Source: an uncultured Subdoligranulum sp. (lineage in GTDB: Bacteria > Bacillota > Clostridia > Oscillospirales > Ruminococcaceae). Taken from it: DNA of 64,000 nt. Every line of letters starts with the position of its first letter. The first letter of the stretch is position 1. Where the stretch lies: positions 548,481-612,480 of the forward strand of contig NZ_OZ007030.1 in the NCBI RefSeq assembly GCF_963931595.1, given 5' to 3'. Positions 7,922 to 16,623 of this stretch are shown one piece after another. The notes beneath the pieces are model-generated. The model was not told the DNA's origin. It saw nothing but the letters and a program-made list of their open reading frames with translations, and searched no databases. Made by a program: the position numbers and the translations under genes.

Positions 7922-8884
7922 TCAGCGCTGAACCAGGTGCAGGGCGAAGCCGGCGATCTCATCCGCAAAGTAGATGGCGGTGGTCTTGCCGTCCTTGACC
8001 TTCTTGCTGTCCATGTCGAACTTGACGCCGCGCTGGCCCAGGTGGAAGACGGCGCGGTCCACGTTGTTGGTCAGGATGGCGATGTGGCCGTGGGTGCCGC
8101 GGCCCGGCTTCTTCATGATCTCGAATTCCTTCTTGCCCACGAAAATGCTGCTGTTGCCCGGCTTGACAGCCATGCTCAGCAGGTTGCCGATGGTCTCGGC
8201 GGTCTTGGCAGCCTCGGCGTCGTCGGCGCAGTTGATGCCGATGTGGCCCAGCTCCAGGCCCAGCATGGTGTCCACGGCCTCACGGCACATGGCGGTGATT
8301 TCATCCCAGGCGCCGGCCTTGATCTTGTCGCTCTTGCACATCCAGGTGCCGCCCACGGCGAAGATGGGATCGTAGGCCAGGTACTCGTTGACGTTCTTGG
8401 CGTTGATGCCGCCGGTGCACATCCACTTGCAGGTCTTCAGGGCGCCGCCGATGTTCTTCAGCATGGCCACGCCGCCGTTGGCCTCGGCAGGGAAGAACTT
8501 GATGGCCTCGCAGCCCAGGTTCATGGCCTGCTGCATCTCACCGGCGCTGCAGGTGCCGGGCATCATCAGGCCGCCCTTGTCGAAGACGTGCTTGGTGACG
8601 TTGGGGTCAAAGCCCGGCGAAACGATGAAAGAAGCGCCGGCCGCCAGCGCACGGTCCGCCTGATCGGTGGTCAGGACGGTGCCGGCACCCAGCAGCATGT
8701 CGGGCAGCTCCTCGTGGATCTTCTTGATGCACTCCTCGGCGCAGGCCGTGCGGAAGGTGACCTCCGCCGCGGGCAGACCGCCGGCGATCAGGGCCTTGCA
8801 CAGGGGCAGGGCCTCGTCCACGCTATTGAAGGCAATGACCGGAATAATGCCGATCTCATACACACGCTGAACAACAGGATTCAT
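7922..8884 (-). CDS. eda: KDPG/KHG aldolase with an extra ~110-aa C-terminal domain
   Basis: AEVTFRT, GAGTVL, FIVSPG, IKFFPAE, TGGIN; 320 aa versus ~210 aa for a canonical Eda. Confidence 0.92.
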   Translation of the reverse strand: MNPVVQRVYEIGIIPVIAFNSVDEALPLCKALIAGGLPAAEVTFRTACAEECIKKIHEELPDMLLGAGTVLTTDQADRALAAGASFIVSPGFDPNVTKHVFDKGGLMMPGTCSAGEMQQAMNLGCEAIKFFPAEANGGVAMLKNIGGALKTCKWMCTGGINAKNVNEYLAYDPIFAVGGTWMCKSDKIKAGAWDEITAMCREAVDTMLGLELGHIGINCADDAEAAKTAETIGNLLSMAVKPGNSSIFVGKKEFEIMKKPGRGTHGHIAILTNNVDRAVFHLGQRGVKFDMDSKKVKDGKTTAIYFADEIAGFALHLVQR

Positions 8885-8960
8885 AGCAATTCTCCTTCAC
8901 TGGTTCGGTGCGCGGTGTCGCCGGTGGGCCCGGCGCATACCTGCGTACTGGTTTAGTATC

Positions 8961-8989
8961 ATTATATCCGGCGGTGTGGCGGCCGTCAA
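8961..8989 (-). promoter_or_regulatory. Sigma-A promoter of eda-kdgK
   Basis: TTGACG-17-TATAAT on the minus strand. Confidence 0.85.
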
Positions 8990-9064
8990 TCGGGCAAAAT
9001 GAACCATGATAGGCCAATAATTTGGGGTACAGCCTGCCGGAATTCCGCAATCCGGCATAAGGGC

Positions 9065-9093
9065 TTGCAAATGGGGCCAATCCTTGTTATAAT
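9065..9093 (+). promoter_or_regulatory. Sigma-A promoter of the IclR gene
   Basis: TTGCAA-17-TATAAT with an extended TG. Confidence 0.85.
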
Positions 9094-9112
9094 CGTTCCG
9101 TGATACGGAACG
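9094..9112. promoter_or_regulatory. Palindromic operator, probably bound by the IclR regulator
   Basis: Perfect IR CGTTCCGT-GAT-ACGGAACG directly after the -10, covering the start site. Confidence 0.65.
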
Positions 9113-9181
9113 GCTCCGGCCGAACGAGGCAAAAGCGAAAAATGTGAATATTTTGTTAATTTTTGGGAAGAGGGCGATCTT

Positions 9182-9967
9182 GTGGCGGAAAAAGGCGGCG
9201 TACAGAGTGTGGAGCGGATCTTTGCGCTGATCGAGCTGCTGGCGGCCCACCCGGCGGGGGCCAGCCTGCAGACGCTGGCCCAGGGCACCGCCCTGGCCAA
9301 GAGCACGGTGCACCGGCTGCTGGCCAGCCTGGTGGGGCTGGGGTATGTCTCCCAGGAGGAGACTTCGGGGCGGTATCGCCTGACGCTGAAGATGTTTGAG
9401 CTTTCCAGCGGCATCGTCAACGATATGGCCATCATGGAGGTGGCCAAGGCCCATCTGGAGCGGTTGGCCCAGCGCACCGGCGAGGCGGTGCATCTGGTCA
9501 TCCGGGACGGCCAGGACATTGTCTACATTTATAAGACGGAGAACGGTCCCATGCGGATGTCCAGCCGGGTGGGCATGCGCAGCCCGCTCTACTGCACCGG
9601 CGTGGGCAAGGCCATTCTGGCCACGCTGCCCGCCGGGGAGGTGGCCCAGGTCTGGGCTGCCAGCCGGCCCCGCAAGCTCACCGAGCGGACGGTGGCGGAC
9701 CTGCCCCATCTGCAGGAACAGCTGGAGACGGTGCGGGCCAAGGGCTACGCGGTGGACGACGAGGAAAACGAGCTGGGGGTGCGCTGCGTGGCGGTGGCCA
9801 TCCCGGGACCGGACGGCCGGGCGGACAGCGCCTTCTCCATCAGCGGCCTGACCCCCTACATGACGCCGGAGCGCATCCGGCGCATCGCGGCCATGGCGTT
9901 GGACTCCCGCACCGACATTCTGGCGGACCTGGGCATCGCCCGCCGCAGTGCCGCACAAACCGAATAA
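9182..9967 (+). CDS. IclR-family transcriptional regulator (KdgR-like)
   Basis: VQSVERIFALIE HTH, KSTVHRLL, TGEAVHL, PLYCTGVGKAIL, GYAVDDEENELGVRCVAV; divergent from eda-kdgK. Confidence 0.93.
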   Translation: MAEKGGVQSVERIFALIELLAAHPAGASLQTLAQGTALAKSTVHRLLASLVGLGYVSQEETSGRYRLTLKMFELSSGIVNDMAIMEVAKAHLERLAQRTGEAVHLVIRDGQDIVYIYKTENGPMRMSSRVGMRSPLYCTGVGKAILATLPAGEVAQVWAASRPRKLTERTVADLPHLQEQLETVRAKGYAVDDEENELGVRCVAVAIPGPDGRADSAFSISGLTPYMTPERIRRIAAMALDSRTDILADLGIARRSAAQTE

Positions 9968-9970
9968 CAG

Positions 9971-10004
9971 AAAACGGGCTTCCCCGGCGGGAAGCCCGTT
10001 TTTT
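9971..10004. terminator. Bidirectional terminator
   Basis: AAAACGGGCTTCC/GGAAGCCCGTTTT IR between convergent genes. Confidence 0.82.
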
Positions 10005-11073
10005 ATGCGGGATAGAAGTTGGACAGGATGGAGAGCATGGTGTCCAGGCTGCGCTCGTTGAATTCCAGAATCAGGATATCGCAGCCGGGCTGCTGCGCGA
10101 TGGCGGGATCGAAGGTGTCGATATGCTCGCGCCAGCAGCCGGCAAACCGGCTCTCCAGGTAGGGCATGTAATACTCGCTGAAGGAATCGCCGATGACCCG
10201 CACCACCCGGTCGTCCTTCTCAAACAGGGTGTCGTAGCCGGGCACCTCGTAGGTGGTCTCGGGGGGCAGCACGGCGTAGAGGGCGGCCACATTGGCCATG
10301 TCGCCGGTGGTGGTGCCGCTGGCCTGGACGGGATATTCCTCCGGCGCCAGGGTGGGCATCTCCAGCGCCGAAAAGATACCGTCCAGCCCGATGAGCGCCC
10401 CCACCGCGTTCCAGTGGGTGTCGGTCTTGTAGTAGAGCGGCCGCTCGGGATGGAGCTTGGCCTGGCTGCGCAGGGTGGGGTACTGCCACACCACCGGCAC
10501 CGTGGTGTGGGACTGCAGGTAGGCGGCCATCCGGTCGGTGCGGTTCTCCTCGCTGATGATGGGGTAGCCGTCCGGCATGTATTCCTGGTAAACCCGGTCC
10601 TTGCTGGGGGTCAGGTCCAGCACCAGGGTGCAGCCGTTCTCGGCCAGATCATCGCTGAGGATTTGCAGCGCCGCGCTGGCGCGGGCCAGTGTCTCCTCGC
10701 TGTCCTGCTGGTCGGTCAGGCCCTGGTAGTTGGCCACCGGCTGGGCCGCCGTGGGACCGTCCTTGTAGAACAGCCAGCCGTCCTTGCCCGGCAGCACCTG
10801 GTCGCTCTGGCTGCTGCCGAAGAGCTCATAGTCTATTCCGGCGTTCAGCAGCACGAACTGGTAGCGGAAGGGGGAATTGTCCACAAAGAAGTTGTCCAGG
10901 TTCTTGCTCAGTTCCCGCAGGGGGCTCTGCAGCACCTGGGGCAGGCCGGTCATCAGGCGGTTCTCGTGGCTGTCCATCGAGAGCTGCTTGGAAAAGATGT
11001 TGAACACGGCAAAGGAGAGCCCCAGTACCGCGCAGAAAACGACGATCAGAATGGTTTGCGCTGTCTTTTTCAC
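10003..11073 (-). CDS. AlgX/AlgJ-like SGNH O-acetyltransferase partner, membrane-anchored
   Basis: ENRLMTGLP, VLPGKDGWLFY, TPSKDRVY, LYYKTDTHWNAVGA, VIGDSF; follows an MBOAT gene. Confidence 0.85.
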   Translation of the reverse strand: MKKTAQTILIVVFCAVLGLSFAVFNIFSKQLSMDSHENRLMTGLPQVLQSPLRELSKNLDNFFVDNSPFRYQFVLLNAGIDYELFGSSQSDQVLPGKDGWLFYKDGPTAAQPVANYQGLTDQQDSEETLARASAALQILSDDLAENGCTLVLDLTPSKDRVYQEYMPDGYPIISEENRTDRMAAYLQSHTTVPVVWQYPTLRSQAKLHPERPLYYKTDTHWNAVGALIGLDGIFSALEMPTLAPEEYPVQASGTTTGDMANVAALYAVLPPETTYEVPGYDTLFEKDDRVVRVIGDSFSEYYMPYLESRFAGCWREHIDTFDPAIAQQPGCDILILEFNERSLDTMLSILSNFYPA

Positions 11074-11087
11074 GGGTCATCCCTCCT

Positions 11088-12497
11088 TTAGAACTGGAAA
11101 TAGATAAAGGCACTGTAGGTGCCGGCGGTCACCCGCATGAGGCTGAAGAAGAACAGCACCAGCAGCCCCGCCACCATGGGAACCCCGGGAGCCCTGCGGG
11201 CGTAGAGGGCTTCCTTCAGCCGCGGGAACAGGGCCTGCACAGGGCCGCACAGCAGTACGGCGGCGGCCAGGATCAGCAGCAGTTTGGTGTCGGTGAAGGC
11301 GGCCAGCGTGTAGCCGGGGGCGCCCTCCTGCCAGCAGAAAATGCCCTTCCATGCGTCCAGCCCCTGGGCCAGACCCGGGGCGCCGAAGATGATCAGCGTC
11401 AGCCACAGGACCACCACGGCGTAGAGATGCTGCACCGCGCCGGGCAGCTTCTCCAGCAGGCGGCGCAGACCCAGCCGTTCGAGACAGAGCAGCAGGCCGT
11501 GGAGCAGCCCGAAAAATACGTACTGCCAGGCGGCGCCGTGCCACAGGCCGGTGAGCAGGAAGACGATGATCAGGTTGCGGCAGGTGCACAGCGTGCTGCA
11601 ATGGCTGCCGCCCAGGGGAAAGTAGAGATAATCCCGGAACCAGCTGGACAGCGAGATATGCCACCGGCGCCAGTATTCGCCGATGCTTTTGGCCAGGTAG
11701 GGGTAGTCGAAGTTCTCCGGCAGATCCAGCCCGAAGAAGCAGCCGATGCCGATGGCCATATCGCTGTAGCCGGAAAAGTCAAAATACAGCTGCAGCATGT
11801 AGGCCACGTACCCCAGCACCAGTATGGGGGCGGGCACGGTGTCGGCGGGCACCGAGGTCACCCGCTGGTAGATCAGGGCGATCTGGTCGGCGATGATGGC
11901 CTTTTTGGAAAGACCGAAGATGAACCGCTTGATGCCATAGGCAAAGCGGTCAGCGGTCACACGGCGGGGTTCGCCCCGGGGATCCAGCATGGGGGCCTGC
12001 TGCCCGTAACGGACGATGGGGCCGGAGGGACCGTGGCCGAAGAAGGCAAGGAACACAAAGAACCGCAGGGGATTGCGGGCGGGCTGCACATGGCCGACGG
12101 CCACGTCGATGCAGTAGCCGATGGCCGTGAAGATGTAGAAGCTGATGCCCAGGGGCAGGGCCGGCGCCAGGACCGGCAGCAGGCCGGGCACAAAGGTGTT
12201 GACGGTCTCGGCGGCAAACCCGGCGTACTTGAAGACCGCCAGCACCCCCAGGTCCGCCACGATCAGCAGGATCAGCAGCACTTTTTTGAAGGGCAGATGT
12301 TTCAGCGCCAGGCCGCCCAACCAGTTGAGAGCGGCCAGCCCCACCAGCAGGGCAGCACCCCGCAGGCCGGACCAGGCGAAGAACACCAGGCTGAACAGGC
12401 AGAGCACGGCGTTGCGGGCAAAACGGGGCAGCAGATAATAGACCACCAGCGTCAGCGGCAGAAAGATAAAGAGAAATTGAACGGAAGAAAAGGCCAT
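11088..12497 (-). CDS. MBOAT O-acyltransferase (AlgI/PatA/DltB-like)
   Basis: LPLGISFYIF, QLYFDFSGYSDMAIG, ENFDYPY, WRRWHISLSSWFRDYLYFPLGG, LTGLWHGA, C-terminal FIYFQF. Confidence 0.95.
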   Translation of the reverse strand: MAFSSVQFLFIFLPLTLVVYYLLPRFARNAVLCLFSLVFFAWSGLRGAALLVGLAALNWLGGLALKHLPFKKVLLILLIVADLGVLAVFKYAGFAAETVNTFVPGLLPVLAPALPLGISFYIFTAIGYCIDVAVGHVQPARNPLRFFVFLAFFGHGPSGPIVRYGQQAPMLDPRGEPRRVTADRFAYGIKRFIFGLSKKAIIADQIALIYQRVTSVPADTVPAPILVLGYVAYMLQLYFDFSGYSDMAIGIGCFFGLDLPENFDYPYLAKSIGEYWRRWHISLSSWFRDYLYFPLGGSHCSTLCTCRNLIIVFLLTGLWHGAAWQYVFFGLLHGLLLCLERLGLRRLLEKLPGAVQHLYAVVVLWLTLIIFGAPGLAQGLDAWKGIFCWQEGAPGYTLAAFTDTKLLLILAAAVLLCGPVQALFPRLKEALYARRAPGVPMVAGLLVLFFFSLMRVTAGTYSAFIYFQF

Positions 12498-12540
12498 ACA
12501 GTATTCCTGCGTCTTTCATAAAAATTTTACATCTGTTTCC

Positions 12541-12569
12541 ATTATACGGCGCCGTAAGGGATTCGGCAA
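12541..12569 (-). promoter_or_regulatory. Sigma-A promoter of the MBOAT-AlgX pair
   Basis: TTGCCG-17-TATAAT on the minus strand. Confidence 0.7.
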
Positions 12570-12624
12570 GGCAAAATTCGACAGAAACGGGCATTTTTTT
12601 ACCGGCAGTACACCGGGGCGGCCA

Positions 12625-12653
12625 TAGACAACACCCCGCAAAAAGGCTATAAT
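12625..12653 (+). promoter_or_regulatory. Sigma-A promoter of the four-gene GT8-like/esterase/acyltransferase operon
   Basis: TAGACA-17-TATAAT. Confidence 0.75.
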
Positions 12654-12684
12654 AATTCTATCTGTACAATCAAGGAGGCCCGGG

Positions 12685-13623
12685 ATGGAAAACCTGATCT
12701 TTGGAGCGTTTGCCACGCTGGAAGGCTACCGGGAGGGTGACGCCGCCAACCTGGGCCGCGGGGTGTATGACCGGTGCACCGTGGTGGCGCTGTGCAGTGC
12801 CAAAGCCCGGAACCCGAGGTGCACGGTGGCGCTGGTGACCAACGCACCGCTGCCCGAACCCTACGCCGGGCAGCTGGCGGCGGCCGGGGTGGAGGTGTGG
12901 CGCTGTCCCTTTGATAGTTACCGCGTTTCGGCGGAAACCAACTGGGCGCTGGCCTATTACAAGCTCTGTGCCATGGAGTGGGTGCTGGCCAACCGGGAGT
13001 TTGCCCGGGTGGCCATGCTGGACCTGGACACCTACACCCAGTATCCGCTGGATGATCTCTGGCGGGAGGCTGACGAGGCGGTGCTGCTCTACCAGACGCC
13101 CCACGCCGCCAGCCAGGGCATGGCCCAGGCCATCTCTGACATCTACGACGAGGTCCACCCCGAGGGAGCTCCCCATGTGCTGACCCATTTCGGCGGGGAA
13201 CTGGTGGCGGGCAGCAAGGCCCGGCTGCAGGACTTCCTGGAACGGTGCCGCTGTTACTATGACGCGCTGCAGCAAAAGGGCATCACGCCCCGGGAGGGCG
13301 ACGAAGCCATCTGGTGTGCCGCTGCCTACGAATGCCAGCAGGCCGGGCAGCCGGTGCGGGCGGCCAACGCCTATATTTTCCGGTACTGGCTGGGCGGGCG
13401 GTTCTATTTTGTCTCCACCAACTATGTGCTGGACCCCGTCTGCATCCTGCATCTGCCCGGCGCCGCCAAGGAGCGGCAGCTCAAGCTGCTCTATTACAGC
13501 TATACAAAGCGGGGAACCTTCCCGGCGGCGGCCCGGGTCCATAAACTGTGCTGCCTGCCTCCCGCCCGTCCGCCGCTGCTGGCGACGGTCTGGGTGCGGC
13601 TGAAAGCAAGACTCTGCCACTGA
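12685..13623 (+). CDS. Putative GT-A fold glycosyltransferase (GT8-like), divergent
   Basis: YYKL, VAMLDLDT (DxD), EGDEA (GT8 GDQ-like) and ILHLP motifs in the GT8 order. Confidence 0.55.
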   Translation: MENLIFGAFATLEGYREGDAANLGRGVYDRCTVVALCSAKARNPRCTVALVTNAPLPEPYAGQLAAAGVEVWRCPFDSYRVSAETNWALAYYKLCAMEWVLANREFARVAMLDLDTYTQYPLDDLWREADEAVLLYQTPHAASQGMAQAISDIYDEVHPEGAPHVLTHFGGELVAGSKARLQDFLERCRCYYDALQQKGITPREGDEAIWCAAAYECQQAGQPVRAANAYIFRYWLGGRFYFVSTNYVLDPVCILHLPGAAKERQLKLLYYSYTKRGTFPAAARVHKLCCLPPARPPLLATVWVRLKARLCH

Positions 13624-13639
13624 ACCAAAAGGAGCAACC

Positions 13640-14620
13640 ATGTCCCGACACACTTCCAAGGATCTGACCCAACGGCTGGAGACCGTCATCAAAACGCTGA
13701 TTCCCCAGCGCGGCCAGAGCGCCGACGAGCTGGGGCCGATGATGCGTGCCATCAAGGCCATCCACAGCGTTACCGACAATACTTCCACCTCCCCGGAGGA
13801 CCTGGAACGCCAGCGGGCGGCCCAGGAACTGTTCGGGCGGCTGGTGGCGCCCTCCCAGGGCATCCGCACCGACGGGCTGACGGTGGGCAAGGTGCCGGCC
13901 GAATGGGTGAGCCTGGAACACGGCCATGACCGGCGCCACGCGGTGCTCTACTGCCATGGCGGCGGTTTCACCTGCGGCCAGCTGGGCTATGCCCGGATTC
14001 TGGCCAGCAAGCTGGCCCTCTGCACCGGGTTTGACGTGCTCTCCTTCGAGTACCGCCTGTCCCCCGAGCACCGCTACCCGGCGGCGCTGCAGGACGCGCT
14101 GGCCATGTGGGATTATATGATGTATATGGGCTACGGCGCCCGGGATGTGATCGTGGCGGGGGATTCCGCCGGGGGCAACCTGGCGCTGGAACTCTGCCTG
14201 AAAATCAAGGCCCAGGGGCGCGCCCAGCCCCGGGGACTGCTGCTGTTCAGCCCCTGGACCGACATGACCACAGGGGGCAAGAGTTACCGCACCTGCCGGG
14301 ACCTGGACCCCATGCTGACGCTGGAATATGTGGAAGCGATACGGGCGGCCTACGCCGGGCCCGATGCCGAGTGGGCCGATCCCTGTTACAGCCCGCTGTT
14401 CGCCGATCTGCGGGGAATGCCGCCTGCCCTGATTCAGGTGGGCACCAACGAGATTCTGCGGTCTGACGGTGAGCGGCTGGCCGAAGCCCTGCAGAAGGCC
14501 GGCGGGTACGCCAGACTGGAAGTGTACGAGGAGTGCTGGCATGTTTTCCAGCAGATGCCGATCCATCGCGCCGAGGTGGCCATGGAGGCGGCCGGGCGGT
14601 TTGTGCAGCGGCTGATGTGA
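13640..14620 (+). CDS. HSL-family alpha/beta hydrolase (esterase/lipase)
   Basis: YCHGGGF oxyanion motif, GDSAGG nucleophile elbow, EILRSDG, WHVF. Confidence 0.92.
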   Translation: MSRHTSKDLTQRLETVIKTLIPQRGQSADELGPMMRAIKAIHSVTDNTSTSPEDLERQRAAQELFGRLVAPSQGIRTDGLTVGKVPAEWVSLEHGHDRRHAVLYCHGGGFTCGQLGYARILASKLALCTGFDVLSFEYRLSPEHRYPAALQDALAMWDYMMYMGYGARDVIVAGDSAGGNLALELCLKIKAQGRAQPRGLLLFSPWTDMTTGGKSYRTCRDLDPMLTLEYVEAIRAAYAGPDAEWADPCYSPLFADLRGMPPALIQVGTNEILRSDGERLAEALQKAGGYARLEVYEECWHVFQQMPIHRAEVAMEAAGRFVQRLM

Positions 14621-14651
14621 CCGGGGCGCAGCCCAGAAAACGAGGAGTCCT

Positions 14652-15902
14652 ATGTCCCAAGCATGGTACAAAGTTGATAATGTGGCCAAGGTGTTTCTGG
14701 CCACCACCACCCGTCGGGATCCGCGGGTCTTCCGGATCAGCTGCACGCTGACCGAGGAGGTGGAGCCCGACACCCTCAACGAGGCACTGCGCCGCACGGC
14801 GGGGGAGTGGCCCCAGTTCCAGGTTACACTGCACCGGGGGCTGTTCTGGCATTATTTTGAAGCCACCGACCAGCTGCCCGTGGCCAAGCCGGAGAACAAG
14901 GAGCCCTGTGCTCCGCTCTATGTGCCGGAGCGCCGCAACCAGCTCATCTACCGGGTGAGTTACTTCGGCGCGCGGATCAATCTGGAGATGTTCCACGCCA
15001 TGACGGATGGCAACGGCGGTTTTCTCTTCCTGAAATCGCTGGTGCGCAACTATCTGGCGCTGCGCCATCCCGGCACGCTGGACCATGTGCCCACCCCCAA
15101 CGGTGCCTCGGAGGCGGACCTGGCCCAGGACAGCTTCAAGAACTTTTACGAGGGCACCCGCCGCGCCAGCCCGGCCAAGGTACCCAAGGCCTATCACCTG
15201 CGGGGGGCGCGGCTGCCCTACGACCAGCTGCAGTATTTTGAAGGACATCTCAGCGCCAGGGAGGTGCTGGCCCGGGCCCGGACGCTGGGGGTATCGCTGA
15301 CCAGTTATCTGGGAGCTTCCCTGATGCTGGCCATCTACGGCGAGATGGCCACGATGGACCGGCGCAAACCCATCTCCATCAGCCTGCCGGTAAACCTGCG
15401 CAACTACTATCCCAGCGAGACGGCGCGCAACTTCTTCAATTCGGTTTATGTGACCCACACGCTGACCGACGGTGATACGCTGGCCACGGTGGCCCCGGTG
15501 TTTGACGCCAAACTCAAGGAGATCCTGCACCCCGAGAACATCAAGGCCCAGATGGACGAGTACGAAAAACTGGAGCACATGCCGGGCATCCGGCCGGTGC
15601 CGCTTTTCATCAAGAATCTGGCGGTGCGGTTCTTCACCCATCTGGAGGAAACCCACGTCACGGCGGTGCTCTCCAATATGGGCAGGGTGGAGGTGGCCGA
15701 GGAACTGCGGCCCTACATCCGGCAGTTTGCGGCCTTTTCCAGCTGCGAGGGGCTCTTCACCTGTGTGTGTTCCTATGGGGACGACCTGGTGCTGGGCACG
15801 GCCTCGGCTCTGCGCAGCACCAACGTGCTGCGGCGGTTTTACCGGGGACTGGCAGCCGACGGTCTGCAGGTCACCCTCTATGCAACGGAGGTGGAAAAAT
15901 GA
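14652..15902 (+). CDS. CoA-dependent acyltransferase, alcohol acetyltransferase / condensation (HxxxD) superfamily
   Basis: FHAMTDGNGG (HxxxDG), ISLPVNLRNYYPSETARNFF, VLSNMG. Confidence 0.8.
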   Translation: MSQAWYKVDNVAKVFLATTTRRDPRVFRISCTLTEEVEPDTLNEALRRTAGEWPQFQVTLHRGLFWHYFEATDQLPVAKPENKEPCAPLYVPERRNQLIYRVSYFGARINLEMFHAMTDGNGGFLFLKSLVRNYLALRHPGTLDHVPTPNGASEADLAQDSFKNFYEGTRRASPAKVPKAYHLRGARLPYDQLQYFEGHLSAREVLARARTLGVSLTSYLGASLMLAIYGEMATMDRRKPISISLPVNLRNYYPSETARNFFNSVYVTHTLTDGDTLATVAPVFDAKLKEILHPENIKAQMDEYEKLEHMPGIRPVPLFIKNLAVRFFTHLEETHVTAVLSNMGRVEVAEELRPYIRQFAAFSSCEGLFTCVCSYGDDLVLGTASALRSTNVLRRFYRGLAADGLQVTLYATEVEK

Positions 15903-16579
15903 AGACCTGTCCCCATTGTCATATCACCATCGGCGGCAGCGCGGCCTACTGCCCGCTGTGCCAGAACCGGCTGTCCGGCCCTGACGAAGCCCCCTGGTGG
16001 CCCAGGATCACGCCGCCGGTGCGGCGGTTCAGCCTGCTGTTCAAGATCGTTGCCTTTGTGCTGCTGGCCGCCACAATGGTGGTCATGGCCATCGATTTCC
16101 TGCTGGTGCCGGAGCCCCACCACCACGAAAGCCTGCTGATGCTGGTGTGGGTGGTGGCGGCACTGCTGGTGCTGCGGGGACTGCTGCGCCGCCGCTACAA
16201 CGGCCCAAGGCAGGTGTTCTCGCTGCTATTGCTGGTGTCGGGACTGCTCATCTTTACCGACTGGTACAACGGCTACACCGGCTACAGCCTGGACATTGTG
16301 ATTCCCATTCTTTGCAGTGTCACGCTGGTCTGCAATTTTATCTTTGCCTTCTGCCGCAGCCGCTTCACCCAGAACGCGCTGGTCTATATGCTGCTGAACA
16401 TCGGCATAGGCATTCTGCCTTATCTGCTGCTGCTCTTCCGGGTGGGGACCGGCCGCATCGATGCCCACAGCATCCCCTGGGTCATCTGCCTGATCATCAG
16501 CTCGGTGACCTGCCTGGGGCTTATCATCTTCCAGGGGCGCAAACTGCGCAGCGAACTGGAAAAACGCCTGCATATGTAA
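15899..16579 (+). CDS. DUF6320-like membrane protein with an N-terminal CxxC...CxxC zinc ribbon
   Basis: MKTCPHC..AYCPLCQ followed by ~6 TM helices, ending ELEKRLHM. ATGA overlap with the upstream gene. Confidence 0.72.
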   Translation: MKTCPHCHITIGGSAAYCPLCQNRLSGPDEAPWWPRITPPVRRFSLLFKIVAFVLLAATMVVMAIDFLLVPEPHHHESLLMLVWVVAALLVLRGLLRRRYNGPRQVFSLLLLVSGLLIFTDWYNGYTGYSLDIVIPILCSVTLVCNFIFAFCRSRFTQNALVYMLLNIGIGILPYLLLLFRVGTGRIDAHSIPWVICLIISSVTCLGLIIFQGRKLRSELEKRLHM

Positions 16580-16580
16580 A

Positions 16581-16614
16581 AACAGCCCCGTGTCCGTTGG
16601 GACACGGGGCTGTT
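16581..16614. terminator. Bidirectional terminator
   Basis: Perfect 15-bp IR AACAGCCCCGTGTCC/GGACACGGGGCTGTT. Confidence 0.85.
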
Positions 16615-16623
16615 GCTTATCAT

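Noticed and set aside
8997-9012. Enterobacterial KdgR half-box AATGAACC
   Set aside because: No matching second half-site; the dyad at 9094-9112 is a better operator candidate.
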